From contig JBCDJJ010000003.1 in the NCBI GenBank assembly GCA_038747915.1, positions 19,740-83,739 on the forward strand: a stretch of 64,000 nucleotides of DNA, written 5' to 3'. A model generated the notes under the pieces. The model ran no database searches. It saw only the letters and a program-made list of their open reading frames with translations, and was not told the DNA's origin. The stretch comes from Planctomycetota bacterium (GTDB lineage: Bacteria; Planctomycetota; Phycisphaerae; Phycisphaerales; UBA1924). Below, piece by piece: positions 1-10,806 of this stretch. A program made the position numbers and the translations under genes. Position 1 is the first letter of the stretch. The number at the start of each line of letters is the position of its first letter.

Positions 1-1758
1 GCGGACCTCGACGGTCTTGTTGGTGCGGCCCTCGAGACGGGTGAGCGACTGCCGGCGGTGTGAGAGCAGCTCGCCCGCGAGCTTGGGGCTGATGACCATC
101 TCGACGGTGTTGATGCGGTCGACCGCGAGCAATCTGGCGAGCTCGCGGAGCGACTCGCGGGCGATCGAGTCGAGGCGGCGGACCATCGGGCCGCCCTCGG
201 TGAGCCGCTCGAAGTGCTGGCTGCGCATTGAGCCTTTTTGCCGCTGCCGCGTCATCTCGACGATGCCGAACTGGCTGATGGGCAGGACCTTGGTGGCCGA
301 GCGGTCGCTTTTGAGGCAGTCCTGGAAGAGCTTCTCGATGGTCTTGCGGTTGCTGCGCTTCATCATGTCGATGAGATCACAGATGACGAGGCCGCCGACA
401 TCGCGGAGCTTGAGCTGACGGCAGATCTCGGGGACTGCCTCGTTGTTGGTCTTGAAGGCGGTGGTCTCGGCGTCGTTGTTGGAGCGCATGCGACCGGAGT
501 TGACGTCGATCGCGATGACGGCCTCGGTCTCATCGATGATGAGCGAGCCGCCCGAGGGCAGCGGGACACGGCGGGAGAGGATCTGCGAGATCTGATCCTC
601 GACGCCGAAGCTCCAGAACATCGGTGCCTGTTCGTTGTAATGGAACAGGTTGGTGCTGGTGCGCGGGCTGACGATCTTCATGAAGCGCGCGGCGCGCTTC
701 ACAGCGATCTCGTTGTCGATGATGATCTCGTCGATCTCGCTCGTCCACAGGTCGCGGAGCGTGCGCATGAGCAGGTCGGACTCGGCGTAGAGCAGCCGCG
801 GGCGATCGCCGCCCTTATTGAGACGCCGATCGATGTCCTTGCGGAGCCGCTGCAGGTACGCGAGGTCGCGCTTGAGTTCGGTCTTGGTGCGGTCGAGGCC
901 GGCGGTGCGGAGGATAAAGCCGTAGCCTTCGGGCAGCTCGAGTTGATCGAGGATGTCCTTCATCCGCTTGCGGGTGTCCTCGTCTTCGACTTTTCGGGAG
1001 ACGCCGACCTTGTCCATATCGGGCAGCATCACGAGGTAGCGGCCGGGGATGGAGAGGTAGCTCGAGAGGGTGGGTCCCTTGGTGTTGATGCCTTCTTTGA
1101 TGACCTGCACGAGCACCCGCTGCCCCTTCTTGAGGCAGTCTTGGATGGCGGGTCGTTCTCGGCGCGGGGTCTTCTTGCCGATGCGCTCGGTCGTCTCGTC
1201 GGTACCGAAGTACTGGGGGTGCAGGTCGGAGATGTGGAGGAAGCCGTTGGTGTGGTGGCCGAAGTCGACAAACGCGGCTTGGATGGCCGACTCGACGTTG
1301 GTCACGCGGCCGACGTAGATGTTCTGACCGATCGATTCGGTCGCAGCGAACTCGGTGTGAAGCTCCTCGAGGACACCGTCTTGGACGATCGCGACGCGGC
1401 ACTCATCGCCGGGCACGTAGTTGACGAGCATCTTTCGCCCTTTGGGCGAGAGGCGTGTGCGGCGGAGCTTGATGCCGCTCGAGGTCTGCTCGGGCTCGGG
1501 GGATGTGCCCCCGGCGCGGTCACCGGTGGCGGCATCGCCCGTGGTCGCGTCGTTGCTTTGCTCGGCGGCGGCGTCGCTCTTCTTGGTGGAGCGTTTGCGT
1601 CGCGAGCGGGTGCGCTTGGGCTTCGGGTCGGTGGCCGGTGGCGTGGTGGTGTCGCTTGCTTGGGGCGGTGAAGCGGTCGCGTCGGTGGCCGCTGTGCCAT
1701 CGGCTGCGGGCTCGGCGGCTTGGGTGTCGATCTGTGCGGTGTCGGTCGTCGGATCCAT
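1..1758 (-). CDS. rne: Ribonuclease E/G family protein (partial; the 3' end runs off the window start)
   Basis: Minus-strand frame is open from 1758 (ATG) to the window edge. Manual translation gives an S1/RNase E core: VYVGRVTNVESAIQAAFVDFGHHTNGFLHISD and GGLVICDLIDM. There is a T/A/P/K-rich N-terminal extension. Absent from the ORF track because no stop codon lies in the window. Confidence 0.8.
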   Translation of the reverse strand, partial: MDPTTDTAQIDTQAAEPAADGTAATDATASPPQASDTTTPPATDPKPKRTRSRRKRSTKKSDAAAEQSNDATTGDAATGDRAGGTSPEPEQTSSGIKLRRTRLSPKGRKMLVNYVPGDECRVAIVQDGVLEELHTEFAATESIGQNIYVGRVTNVESAIQAAFVDFGHHTNGFLHISDLHPQYFGTDETTERIGKKTPRRERPAIQDCLKKGQRVLVQVIKEGINTKGPTLSSYLSIPGRYLVMLPDMDKVGVSRKVEDEDTRKRMKDILDQLELPEGYGFILRTAGLDRTKTELKRDLAYLQRLRKDIDRRLNKGGDRPRLLYAESDLLMRTLRDLWTSEIDEIIIDNEIAVKRAARFMKIVSPRTSTNLFHYNEQAPMFWSFGVEDQISQILSRRVPLPSGGSLIIDETEAVIAIDVNSGRMRSNNDAETTAFKTNNEAVPEICRQLKLRDVGGLVICDLIDMMKRSNRKTIEKLFQDCLKSDRSATKVLPISQFGIVEMTRQRQKGSMRSQHFERLTEGGPMVRRLDSIARESLRELARLLAVDRINTVEMVISPKLAGELLSHRRQSLTRLEGRTNKTVEVR

Positions 1759-2108
1759 GAGGCTCGCTCCGTGAGATGAGCGAGCGTGGGTGTCAGCCTT
1801 GGCCGTGCGCTCCTTCATCTCGGATCGGTGCGGAGCCACGAAGCTCGGCGCGTCGCCGATGACTCGAGCACCTCACGATCCCGATGATGCACCTTCGGCC
1901 CATGCCGTCCACGCTCGTGTGGGCGGGGCCGGGCGGTATCGATGCGCGCTCTCGGTGGAGCGGGCTGCCCGGCGTCCGGGGGTGATCGTCACCTCGCCCG
2001 GGCCGCCCTGACTTGTCCTGTCCCGAGTGCCGGAGGCGCCGGATCTGCTCACACTGCCGCGTTCACCCCGCGATCATCAGGCGGGTGCGGGTATGGGTCG
2101 CGATCCGA

Positions 2109-3875
2109 TCACCCCGACGCGTCGACGGAACGCCCGTCGAACAGCTCGGGGAATCTCTTCCTGGCCTGATCGCGCAGCAATGCGCTCACCTGCCGTTCGG
2201 AATCGAGCGAGCCCACCCGTCGGGCCAGCCGCTCGCAGCTCTTCACATCGACGCTTCGGATCACCCGCTTGACAAACGGCAGGCGGCTCGGCGTCGCTGA
2301 GAGCGTACGCAGGCCAAGACCGATCAGCAACATGGTGAACACGGGGTCACCGGCGACCTCGCCGCAGCAGCTCACGGGGACGCCGCTGCGGCGCCCGGCC
2401 CGAACAACCTCCTTGATCAGGCGGAGGACCGCGGGATCAGCCGCGGAATAGAGGTGGGCGACCCGCTCGTTCGTGCGGTCGACGGCGAGGGTGTACTGGA
2501 TGAGGTCGTTGGTGCCGATCGAGAAAAAGTCGGCCTCACCGGCGTAAACCGGGGCCATGACCGCGGCGGAGGGCACCTCGACCATCATGCCGAGCGGCAC
2601 CCTTCGATCGAACGCAAGTCCATCCTCCTCAAGGTCTTCCATTACCTCGTGGACGATGAGCTTGGCCTGGCGGAACTCGCTCAGGCTCGTCACGAGAGGG
2701 AACATGATCTTCATCTCACCGAGCGCCGACGCCCGCAGCACGGCTCGGAGGTGCTGCTTGAACATGGTGAGGTTGGTGAGGCAGTAGCGGAGCGAGCGGT
2801 TTCCAAGAAATGGATTCCGCTCGGGCATCATGGCACGTCGCTGGGTGTACTTGTCGGCACCGAGGTCGAAGGTGCGGATGGTGACCGGTCGCCCATCGGC
2901 GGCCTCGACCGCGGCCCGGAGAGCCTCGAACTGCTCGTCTTCGCTCGGTTCGTGGTCGGAGGTGAGCCAGAGGAACTCGGTGCGGAACAGGCCGACGCCC
3001 TCGGCACCGTGCTCGATGACGTGGTGCATCTCACCGGCGAGTTCGATGTTACCGAGCAGCTCGATCCGTTCGCCGTCGGTGGTGATGGCGGGTTCTTCGC
3101 GGAGTTCACCCAGACGTGCGCGGAGTTCTGCGGCTCGGGCCGCGATGCCGTGGTACCGCTCGACGATCTCGTCGGTGGGGCGGATGATGACGAGCCCCTC
3201 GTCGCCGTCGATGATGATGCGGTCGCCCTCGCGGGCGATATCCATGATGGACTCGGTGCCGACCACCGCGGGCAGGCTCAGCGATCGCGCAAAGATGGCG
3301 ACGTGGCTGGTCTCACCACCTGCCTCGGTGGCGAAGGCGACGACGCCATCGGTGCCGAACTGCGCGGTCTGGGTGGGCGTGAGCTCGGCCGCGACGACGA
3401 CGACATCGTGACCCGCCCCAGTGATCTCACGGCGGTGCTCGCCGATGAGGTGGCGGAGCACGCGGTGGTCGAGGTCCCAGACATCGTCGACCTTGGTGCG
3501 GAAGGCGGATTCGGGCATCGAGGCGAAGAGTTCGGCGACCTCGCGGAATCGCTCCTGGACCGCGAGTTCGGCGGAGATGCGCTCGGTGGCGATCCGCTCG
3601 CGGATGGGCTCGATCAGGGTGCGGTCGCGGAGCATGCCCTGGTGGAAGGCGAAGACATCCGCTGCCTCGGTGCCCATCTTCTGCTCGGCGTGCGCACGGA
3701 GTTCATCGAGTTCGGTGAGGGAAGCCGCGATCGCGGCCTCGAACCGTGCCTGCTCGGCCTCGATGGCCTGTGCTGCGATCGTGCGCGAGGCCACCGGACG
3801 CCTGACGTCGTCCAGCACATAGACCCGGCCGACCACAACGCCCGGTGAGACCGCGATGCCGCGAAGCTCATGCAT
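2109..3875 (-). CDS. ptsI: Phosphoenolpyruvate-protein phosphotransferase (PTS enzyme I)
   Basis: 588 aa. N-terminal phosphohistidine domain motif GGETSHVAIFARSLSLPAVVG and C-terminal PEP-utilising motif CGEVAGDP. Confidence 0.85.
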   Translation of the reverse strand: MHELRGIAVSPGVVVGRVYVLDDVRRPVASRTIAAQAIEAEQARFEAAIAASLTELDELRAHAEQKMGTEAADVFAFHQGMLRDRTLIEPIRERIATERISAELAVQERFREVAELFASMPESAFRTKVDDVWDLDHRVLRHLIGEHRREITGAGHDVVVVAAELTPTQTAQFGTDGVVAFATEAGGETSHVAIFARSLSLPAVVGTESIMDIAREGDRIIIDGDEGLVIIRPTDEIVERYHGIAARAAELRARLGELREEPAITTDGERIELLGNIELAGEMHHVIEHGAEGVGLFRTEFLWLTSDHEPSEDEQFEALRAAVEAADGRPVTIRTFDLGADKYTQRRAMMPERNPFLGNRSLRYCLTNLTMFKQHLRAVLRASALGEMKIMFPLVTSLSEFRQAKLIVHEVMEDLEEDGLAFDRRVPLGMMVEVPSAAVMAPVYAGEADFFSIGTNDLIQYTLAVDRTNERVAHLYSAADPAVLRLIKEVVRAGRRSGVPVSCCGEVAGDPVFTMLLIGLGLRTLSATPSRLPFVKRVIRSVDVKSCERLARRVGSLDSERQVSALLRDQARKRFPELFDGRSVDASG

Positions 3876-4075
3876 GCGAAGCGACGGCCTCGGAGGGGCC
3901 GTCCGAAGAAATGCGAGACGACAGATGCTACTGCGAGTCGGCGTGGGTGATTTTGTGGCCTGGCTTGACCGGCGCGCCGATGTATGCTTGACTACTCGCG
4001 GCCGGAGACGGGACGCCTGCGTGCAAACAGGCCGCCCCCCGGCGTTCGCCCAAGCGAACGGAGTGGACCTGCTCG

Positions 4076-5266
4076 ATGTCGGCGGTTGTCGTCGTCTCGG
4101 CGCACACGGTTATTGACATGACAACGCTCACTGGGATCCTGCATTGGCCCGCACGGGCCGAAGGACGCATCCGCCAGCTGAATGGCGATCAAATCCTCGA
4201 GAAGGAGGATGACCCGTTCGTCCCCCTGGCACTCGGGGAGGAGTACCCGCTGCGCAACGGGCAGGAGGTCACCGTCGAGGTGGTCCAGCGCAAGCCCCGC
4301 CGTCGCAAGCGGGCGGATGGCACACCGGCGCCGCGTCACCCGCGGCCGGTGGTCGACCGCGTGCTCGCGATCGAAGGGATCGAGCCTGACGATTACGCGA
4401 AGCGCACGCTCTTTGAAGACCTGGAGTCGGTCGACCCCCAGCCGCGGCTCCACCTCGAGTACCCGGGGTGCCCGCCGGCGTGCCGGCTGATCGACATGTT
4501 CTGCCCGATCGGTCGTGGTCAGCGTGGGCTGATCGTGGCGCCGCCCAAGTCGGGCAAGACGATCCTGCTCAAGCAGATCGCCGAGGCGCTCTCGACGAAC
4601 CACCCGCACCTCGATCTGTACGCGCTGCTCATCGACGAGCGGCCCGAGGAGGTGACCGACTTCAAGCGGTCGACACCCGCCAAGGTGTTCGCGAGTTCGT
4701 CCGATCAAGATGTCGATCGCCACTGCGCGATCGCGCAGATGCTCGTGGAGCGGTGCCGGTTCATGGTCGAGGCCGGGAAGCACGTGGTCGTGCTGATGGA
4801 CTCGCTCACGAGGCTCGGGCGCGCGTTCAACAACTCGAAGAAGTTCGGGAACTCGGGCAAGACGATGTCGGGCGGCATCGACTCGCGGGCGCTCGAGGTA
4901 CCCAAGCGCATCTTTGGTTCGGCCCGCAACACCGAGACCGCGGGCTCGCTCACGGTCATCGCCTCGTGCCTGGTCGACACGGGGAGCCAGGGCGATCAGG
5001 TGATCTTCGAGGAGTTCAAGGGCACGGGGAACATGGAGCTGGTGCTCGACCGCAAGATCGCCGAGCGCCGCGCGTACCCCGCGATCAATCTCGCCGCTTC
5101 GGGCACCCGCAAGGAGCACCTGCTGATGGAGCCCAAGGAGTACGAGACGGTCAACGCGCTCCGCCGGCGGCTGCTCAACATGCCGCCGCACCAGCAGATC
5201 GAGCAGTTGCTTGCAGCGCTGAAGAACTACGAGACCAACGCCCAGCTTGTCGGGCTGACGCGCTGA
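4076..5266 (+). CDS. rho: Transcription termination factor Rho
   Basis: RecA-like core IGRGQRGLIVAPPKSGKTILLKQIAEAL and LIDERPEEVTDFKRS, with an N-terminal CSD-like region. The true start may lie upstream at a non-ATG codon. Confidence 0.85.
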   Translation: MSAVVVVSAHTVIDMTTLTGILHWPARAEGRIRQLNGDQILEKEDDPFVPLALGEEYPLRNGQEVTVEVVQRKPRRRKRADGTPAPRHPRPVVDRVLAIEGIEPDDYAKRTLFEDLESVDPQPRLHLEYPGCPPACRLIDMFCPIGRGQRGLIVAPPKSGKTILLKQIAEALSTNHPHLDLYALLIDERPEEVTDFKRSTPAKVFASSSDQDVDRHCAIAQMLVERCRFMVEAGKHVVVLMDSLTRLGRAFNNSKKFGNSGKTMSGGIDSRALEVPKRIFGSARNTETAGSLTVIASCLVDTGSQGDQVIFEEFKGTGNMELVLDRKIAERRAYPAINLAASGTRKEHLLMEPKEYETVNALRRRLLNMPPHQQIEQLLAALKNYETNAQLVGLTR

Positions 5267-5272
5267 GCGCTG

Positions 5273-6037
5273 ATGGCTGGCGACGAACCCCCGGTGCACA
5301 CGCTGCGTCCGACGACGCGGTTCGCCGGCCGTGCGGAGGACTATGCGGCGCACCGGCCGTCGTACCCGAGTGAAGCGGTCGATGCGATCGTTGATGGACT
5401 AGATCTCCATCTCGCGGTTGATGTGGGCGCCGGGACAGGGATCTTCTCGCGATTGCTCGCGGCGCGGGGGGTGCCGGTGGTCGCGATCGAGCCGAATGCT
5501 GACATGAGCGCCGCCGCGGAAGTGGCATCGGGCATCGATTGGCGCGAGGGCACCGCGGAGCGAACCGGCCTCGCTGAGTGCTGCGCCGATCTTGTGAGCT
5601 GCGCACAGGCCTTTCACTGGTTCGAACCGACCACGGCGCTGGACGAGTTTCATCGGATCCTCCGTCCGGGAGGTCGGCTGGCCCTGATCTGGAACACCCG
5701 GCAGCGCGATGACCCGGTGGGTCAGGCGTACTTCGATGCGATCCTCGCGGTCGGCGGCGACTCGAATGTGGGGAAACGATCGTTCGATGCGGGGTGCATC
5801 GAACGTCCCGAGCTCTTCACGCCGTTCCGCCGCACGAGCGTTGCTCACGAGCACCGGCTTGATCGCGATGGATTGCTCGGCCGGGCGCTGAGCATCTCGT
5901 ATTGCCCGCGGTCGGACGACACAGTGGTCGCCCTCAGAGCGCACATAGACGAAGTGATCGATCGGTTCGGCGACACACACGGGGTGGTCTCGATGCGGTA
6001 CGAGACGGTCGTCTACCGGTGCGAGCGCCGGGTGTGA
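5273..6037 (+). CDS. Class I SAM-dependent methyltransferase
   Basis: Motif I VDVGAGTGIFSRLLAARG. 254 aa. Confidence 0.6.
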   Translation: MAGDEPPVHTLRPTTRFAGRAEDYAAHRPSYPSEAVDAIVDGLDLHLAVDVGAGTGIFSRLLAARGVPVVAIEPNADMSAAAEVASGIDWREGTAERTGLAECCADLVSCAQAFHWFEPTTALDEFHRILRPGGRLALIWNTRQRDDPVGQAYFDAILAVGGDSNVGKRSFDAGCIERPELFTPFRRTSVAHEHRLDRDGLLGRALSISYCPRSDDTVVALRAHIDEVIDRFGDTHGVVSMRYETVVYRCERRV

Positions 6038-7297
6038 TCAGCACCCGCCCAAGGCCATATCGTCGAGCATCGTGCTGAGATCGAAGGCATCGGTCGTGGT
6101 GTTGGTATCCATGTTGGTCGATGCCTCATCCGACTCGATGCCGTGGATGTAGGTCAGCACTTCGAAGGGGTCGTTGCCGAGGCAGGCGTCGTGGGGTACC
6201 GGCCAGAACCACCGGCGCGGCCCCGCGACCACGTTGAAGCCCTCGATGGGGAAGTCGGGGTTGGTGTCGATGATGGAGAGATTGAGGAACGGGGGGAGGT
6301 TGGAGGGTGCGGGGCCCTGGACGCGTCCGCTGTCGAAGCCCTGTGGTGTTGGGAGGACAGCGGGACCGAGAGGGAAGGGGGTCTGCGTGAGTTCGGCCAC
6401 GAAGCGCTGGGTCGCGCCATCCGTTGAGTTCTCACCGGGCCACTGCTGATAGATGCCCGAGCCCGCGACATCGTTGCCGACGGGGAACGGCGCGAGCACG
6501 CGGGTGTCGAACCAGGACCAGTCGATGGCAACCGCGGCCCACTCGCGCCGCGATGGCGTGTTCACGGTGGAGATTGCGGGATCGACGGGGAGCGGTGTGA
6601 GCAGGAAGCGTCCGTTGAGCGGGAAGAAGCTGACCGGGCCGAGAGGTGTGGGCTGGGTGGTGTAGGCCGCGGCATCGCCAAGGATGTACGGGATGAGTGC
6701 GCGCGCGGGCGTGAGCGAGCCGGCGAGCCGCAGTTCGCGGCGCACACACGGGAAGGTGACATCGGTTTGCTCAGCGAGTGTGAGGTCGAAGGAGCGCGGG
6801 CTGCCATCGGCGGGCACGACACCGCTATCAAAGGAGACGTGCTCGCCGGCGAAGCGTGTGTCCAGCGCCAAGCGTTCGCCGAGCACGGTGAGGAAATTGA
6901 CGGCGCTATGCACCTCGTAGACGCCGGTGCCGGTGATGCGATCGCCGGCGAAGTTGGCATCGAGCAAGAGGTTGACCTCGTCGACGCGGAAGCGGGCGAG
7001 GAGGCTCGGTGTCTCGACGAGGTCGGCTTCGGTGAGCGGCTCGCGACGGAGCGAGAGGGTGCCGCGGAGGGCTTCGCTGAAGACATCGGGGATGTCGCAG
7101 GCGACCGAGGTGCTGCGGTAGCTGGATTCGACATCGAGCCTGTAGATCCGGGGGAGTGTGAAGGGCGCGTCCACCGCGGCACCATCCGCCTGGGCGGTGA
7201 TGGTGGGCGTGGGAGCCAGCACACAGGTGCCGAGGGTGAGCGGGATCAATCGGCTGGCGATACGGACCAGGCGAGTGCCGCAGCGTGCGATGAACAT
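6038..7297 (-). CDS. Hypothetical secreted protein
   Basis: Long minus-strand ORF. Internal Met MFIARCGTRLVRIASRLIPLTLGTCVLA looks like a signal peptide. No recognisable domain. Confidence 0.4.
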   Translation of the reverse strand: MFIARCGTRLVRIASRLIPLTLGTCVLAPTPTITAQADGAAVDAPFTLPRIYRLDVESSYRSTSVACDIPDVFSEALRGTLSLRREPLTEADLVETPSLLARFRVDEVNLLLDANFAGDRITGTGVYEVHSAVNFLTVLGERLALDTRFAGEHVSFDSGVVPADGSPRSFDLTLAEQTDVTFPCVRRELRLAGSLTPARALIPYILGDAAAYTTQPTPLGPVSFFPLNGRFLLTPLPVDPAISTVNTPSRREWAAVAIDWSWFDTRVLAPFPVGNDVAGSGIYQQWPGENSTDGATQRFVAELTQTPFPLGPAVLPTPQGFDSGRVQGPAPSNLPPFLNLSIIDTNPDFPIEGFNVVAGPRRWFWPVPHDACLGNDPFEVLTYIHGIESDEASTNMDTNTTTDAFDLSTMLDDMALGGC

Positions 7298-7729
7298 CTC
7301 AGGCTCCTGTCTCTGCGGTCCGGGACCAGTTGGTGACAATACGGGAGCACCGCTATGGCCTGCGGGCGGCCTGATGCTCCGGGCGTGCAACGTGCCAAAG
7401 AGACCGATATTGCACACAGATTCACCGTACCTTCGGCCGGGGCATGTGCAAGAACGCGGGGGTGATCTGCTGGATTCGGGCGATGAGGCCTCGCCGGAGC
7501 AGGTGGCTTACCCGACGACAGCCGAAGAACACGGTGTCGATTCACTCACTCAAGTAGGTGAAGATCGTCCCGGGCTCGCGGTGCGTGAAAACCCATCGGC
7601 TGCCTGTGGGTGAGCATCGGGCGTGTGAGGTGCCCGGTGAGCGCTCCGGCAGTGGCGTGGGCTCATAGCCGATGCGTTCGATGTACGGAGGCTCTCGGCA
7701 TTGCTTCAGGCCAGTGTGAGGCCCCGTGT

Positions 7730-8851
7730 TCACCGCCCGATCAAACTCACGCGATCGTGGCCGAGACGGAGCGGCCGTTCGGGGACGGGGCCACTGGTGT
7801 CGTGGACAGAGAACACGGTGCTCCGGCGCTCGCGGAACTGGTCGGACGCCACGCCTTCGAGACGGCGCGACAGCCACAGCGCGGCTTCGAGTCCCATCTG
7901 CGTCGCATCCTGCCACACGGCGGTGTACTGCGGGAAGGTGTGGAAGCGTGTGTCGCGATCGTCGAAGCCGACCACGCTGAAGTCGCGAGGCACGACAAGG
8001 CCGAGTTCGAGGCAGCGTTGGAGAAGACCCACCGTCGGGATGGGGTTTGTGACGTAGACAGCGGTTGGGGGGTCGTCGAGCGAGAGCATCTTGTCGAGCG
8101 CGCGAGCACCGGTCTGCACCGCGCTCGATGAGGCCTGGATGACGACTCGCTCGTCGTACTCGAGACCGTTGCGCTCGAGACCCTGGCGATAGCCCGCGAG
8201 GCGGTCGGCGTGGTCGTGGTCCATCACATCGTGGATGATCAAGCCGATGCGCCGATGGCCGAGGTGGTGCAGGTGGTTGATCGCGCGGGCGCTATCCGCT
8301 CTGGAGTCGTTGTAGATGAAGTTCAGACGCGGGTCATCGCTGCGGTCGGCAAGGAGCACCGCCTCGATCGGCGACTCGGCGAGTTCTTCGAGCAGCGACG
8401 CGTCGGCCCCGAACGTGCGCACGAGGACGCCAGAGAGGCCTTTGCGTTGCAAAAACTCGGTGAGCGACTCGTCCGGGAATCGATCGTTCTCGGCGTCGAC
8501 GATGGTGAGGGAGTATCGCTGCTCGCGCAGGCCGCTCACGATGCCCGTGATCATCGCCGACTCGAAGTTGCCGAACTGCACATGGGCCGGGACGGAGGGG
8601 TACAGGACACCAACGGCTTTGGTGACCGAGCGTCGGGTGGATCGCTTGCGGTAGTTTGCCTCGGCGGCGTAGGCCAGCACGCGTTCGCGGGTTTCTGGCG
8701 AGACCTCGGGGTGGTTATTGAGCGCTCGAGAGACTGTTGCGACGGACACATCGAGGTCTTCGGCCAGCTGACGGATGCTTGGGCTCTTGGCCCGGATGGT
8801 GCGCAGCACGCTGTTGGTTGCGTTGTGTTTGGACTCGGCTGCGCGTTTCAT
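7730..8851 (-). CDS. LacI family transcriptional regulator
   Basis: N-terminal HTH IRQLAEDLDVSVATVSRALNN followed by a periplasmic-binding-like sugar-binding core. Confidence 0.8.
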   Translation of the reverse strand: MKRAAESKHNATNSVLRTIRAKSPSIRQLAEDLDVSVATVSRALNNHPEVSPETRERVLAYAAEANYRKRSTRRSVTKAVGVLYPSVPAHVQFGNFESAMITGIVSGLREQRYSLTIVDAENDRFPDESLTEFLQRKGLSGVLVRTFGADASLLEELAESPIEAVLLADRSDDPRLNFIYNDSRADSARAINHLHHLGHRRIGLIIHDVMDHDHADRLAGYRQGLERNGLEYDERVVIQASSSAVQTGARALDKMLSLDDPPTAVYVTNPIPTVGLLQRCLELGLVVPRDFSVVGFDDRDTRFHTFPQYTAVWQDATQMGLEAALWLSRRLEGVASDQFRERRSTVFSVHDTSGPVPERPLRLGHDRVSLIGR

Positions 8852-9101
8852 CGTGGCGTTTGAAGACTCCGGTCGCTCATCTTCCGAACGAGCAATCGTA
8901 GCATCGACGTGATGAAACGGAAAAAAATGATGGGAAGTGAAAGTGTTTCATAGCGCATCACAGCACCAGAATCGGCGGTGTCGTCCGAAAAATGCCCCAT
9001 CGAGGCCGAGTTGTGCGTCTCGGTCTGGTGCGCGGCGCGTGTCGGTGTCCATCTCGGGCCGTGCATGTGGTGTTGATGCTGCGGTCAGCTGACCGCGCCG
9101 G

Positions 9102-10415
9102 TCAGGGTGTCTGCGGTGTTTGGGTGGCGATCGTGAACTCGAGGCGGTCGAGGTTGAAGCCGGTGTCCTCTGCACCAACGTTCTTCAGGCGGAGGGTGTG
9201 CTGACCAGGGCGCAACGAGACAGGGAAACGCACCTCGTGCCAGTGCTGCCAGTCGCCGGTGTGGGGTACAGCGATGTCACCGGACACGTCAACGCCGTCG
9301 ATCTCAAGCACGAACGCGCCGCCCTTCGCTCGGGCGGATGAGGCGCGGGCGACAACATCAAATCGTGCAGCATCGTTGTTCGGGGTCACAATGTTGGTGG
9401 TGTAGGTGAGCCACTCGCCTGGCTGGATCCACCCGACGTTGAAGCCGCCTTGATCGTTGGCCTCGATGTCAACAGCCTCGTGCGGGCGGAGCTGACCACC
9501 GAGATTGTCTTGGGTGTTGTCGTGGTACGCGACTCCTTCGCCTCCGTAGTCGAACCGTTCGGCCTCGATCGTGCCTGGGATGGAGGCGGGGGCGCCATCG
9601 AATGCCTGTCGCTGCTCGGCCATGGCGTAGATGCGTACGTAATCAACACGCATCTCCTGCGGGAACACCGATGTCTCATCGGGTGGCCCTGGCCAGCCGC
9701 CAACGGCGACATTGAGCAAGAGGTGGAACGGCTGATCGAATGGAGCGGTCAGTGAGTCCGGCGCAGTCGCGGTGTGCCACTGGGCTGCAAAGACGCGGTG
9801 GTAGAGCGTGTTGTTCAGCCGCCACTCGATTCGGTCGGGGAACCAGTCGATGCTGTAGATGAAGTAGTTATCCGCGAGCGTGCCATCGTGATAATGCCAG
9901 CCCGGGGCGTAGGTGTTGTTGGGCCAGGGATCGCCGAAGTGGATGGCGCCGAGGAGGGCGGTCGCATCGTTCTTGGTCTCAAGGATGTCGATCTCGCCGC
10001 CGAGCGGCCAGTTGCCGTAGGTGTCCTCGGACGGGAGCATCCAGAACGCGGGCCAGATCCCCGTGGTGGCGGGTACTTTCACGCGGGCCTCGATCCGTCC
10101 GTACTGCACATCGACCGCGCCCAGGGTGCGGAGTCTCGCCGAGGTGAACTCTTTGCCACCTTGTGATTCCCGGTGCGCAACGATCACAAGCTCGCCGTTT
10201 CGCACATACGCGTTGCGTTCGTTGTCGGTGTAGTACTGGAGTTCGTTGTTGCCCCATCCTGGGATGCCGTACTCCGTGCCGTCTCCGATCATCGGCTGCC
10301 AGACGGAGGTGTCGAGTGTCTCGAAGTCATCCGCCCACACGAGTTCGGGCTCGTGTGCCTGGGCCAACGCGGACGATGTGGTGATGGCCACGCAAAGCAG
10401 GGTCGAGGGGGTCAC
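9102..10415 (-). CDS. Glycoside hydrolase family 16 (beta-glucanase/laminarinase-like) with C-terminal carbohydrate-binding module
   Basis: GH16 catalytic region GIWPAFWMLPSE...GGEIDILE with a C-terminal CBM-like domain. Likely GTG start at 10415, preceded by GGAG 8 nt upstream, giving signal peptide TPSTLLCVAITTSSALAQA. The ORF-track ATG start at 10751 adds about 110 low-complexity residues. Confidence 0.7.
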   Translation of the reverse strand: MTPSTLLCVAITTSSALAQAHEPELVWADDFETLDTSVWQPMIGDGTEYGIPGWGNNELQYYTDNERNAYVRNGELVIVAHRESQGGKEFTSARLRTLGAVDVQYGRIEARVKVPATTGIWPAFWMLPSEDTYGNWPLGGEIDILETKNDATALLGAIHFGDPWPNNTYAPGWHYHDGTLADNYFIYSIDWFPDRIEWRLNNTLYHRVFAAQWHTATAPDSLTAPFDQPFHLLLNVAVGGWPGPPDETSVFPQEMRVDYVRIYAMAEQRQAFDGAPASIPGTIEAERFDYGGEGVAYHDNTQDNLGGQLRPHEAVDIEANDQGGFNVGWIQPGEWLTYTTNIVTPNNDAARFDVVARASSARAKGGAFVLEIDGVDVSGDIAVPHTGDWQHWHEVRFPVSLRPGQHTLRLKNVGAEDTGFNLDRLEFTIATQTPQTP

Positions 10416-10806
10416 AGTCGGTGCTCCGTGGTGTGCGGTGTGATGATGGGAGGTGGGCGAAGTCAAACGGTGTCGCGGAGTGCTGATGTGTGTTGATCGG
10501 TGGGGCAACGCACGTGGTCGAGAGTGCTGTTCCGTTTGTTTCCGATTCTTTACGAGTTCTGTGCGGGGTGTCAGGCAAGAAGACGATCGAGGCGCGTCCT
10601 GGTGCAATAGATCGTTGGTGCGGGCGTCGAAGGGGGTGTCCTCAAGACGTTTTTTAGACGGACAGAGAGCTTTCACAGCGTTCGTGAATGACCGGAACAT
10701 TTTGGAACAAAAAGACATATATGTCAAAAAATGTTCAAACAATACGGCCACGGTTCAAATCAGGAGTAGACTTGAGCGTGAACGATGTGACATCCCAGGA
10801 TGTGCC

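Noticed and set aside
238-1671. 477-aa plus-strand ORF (and Arg-rich minus-strand ORFs 815..1402, 1302..1700)
   Set aside because: D/E/L/G/A-rich composition typical of antisense frames in high-GC DNA. The real gene is the edge-truncated RNase E/G on the minus strand in another frame.
2454-3848. 464-aa plus-strand ORF
   Set aside because: Antisense to ptsI, with no domain signature.
3992-5353. 453-aa minus-strand ORF
   Set aside because: Antisense to rho, which has unmistakable Rho motifs.
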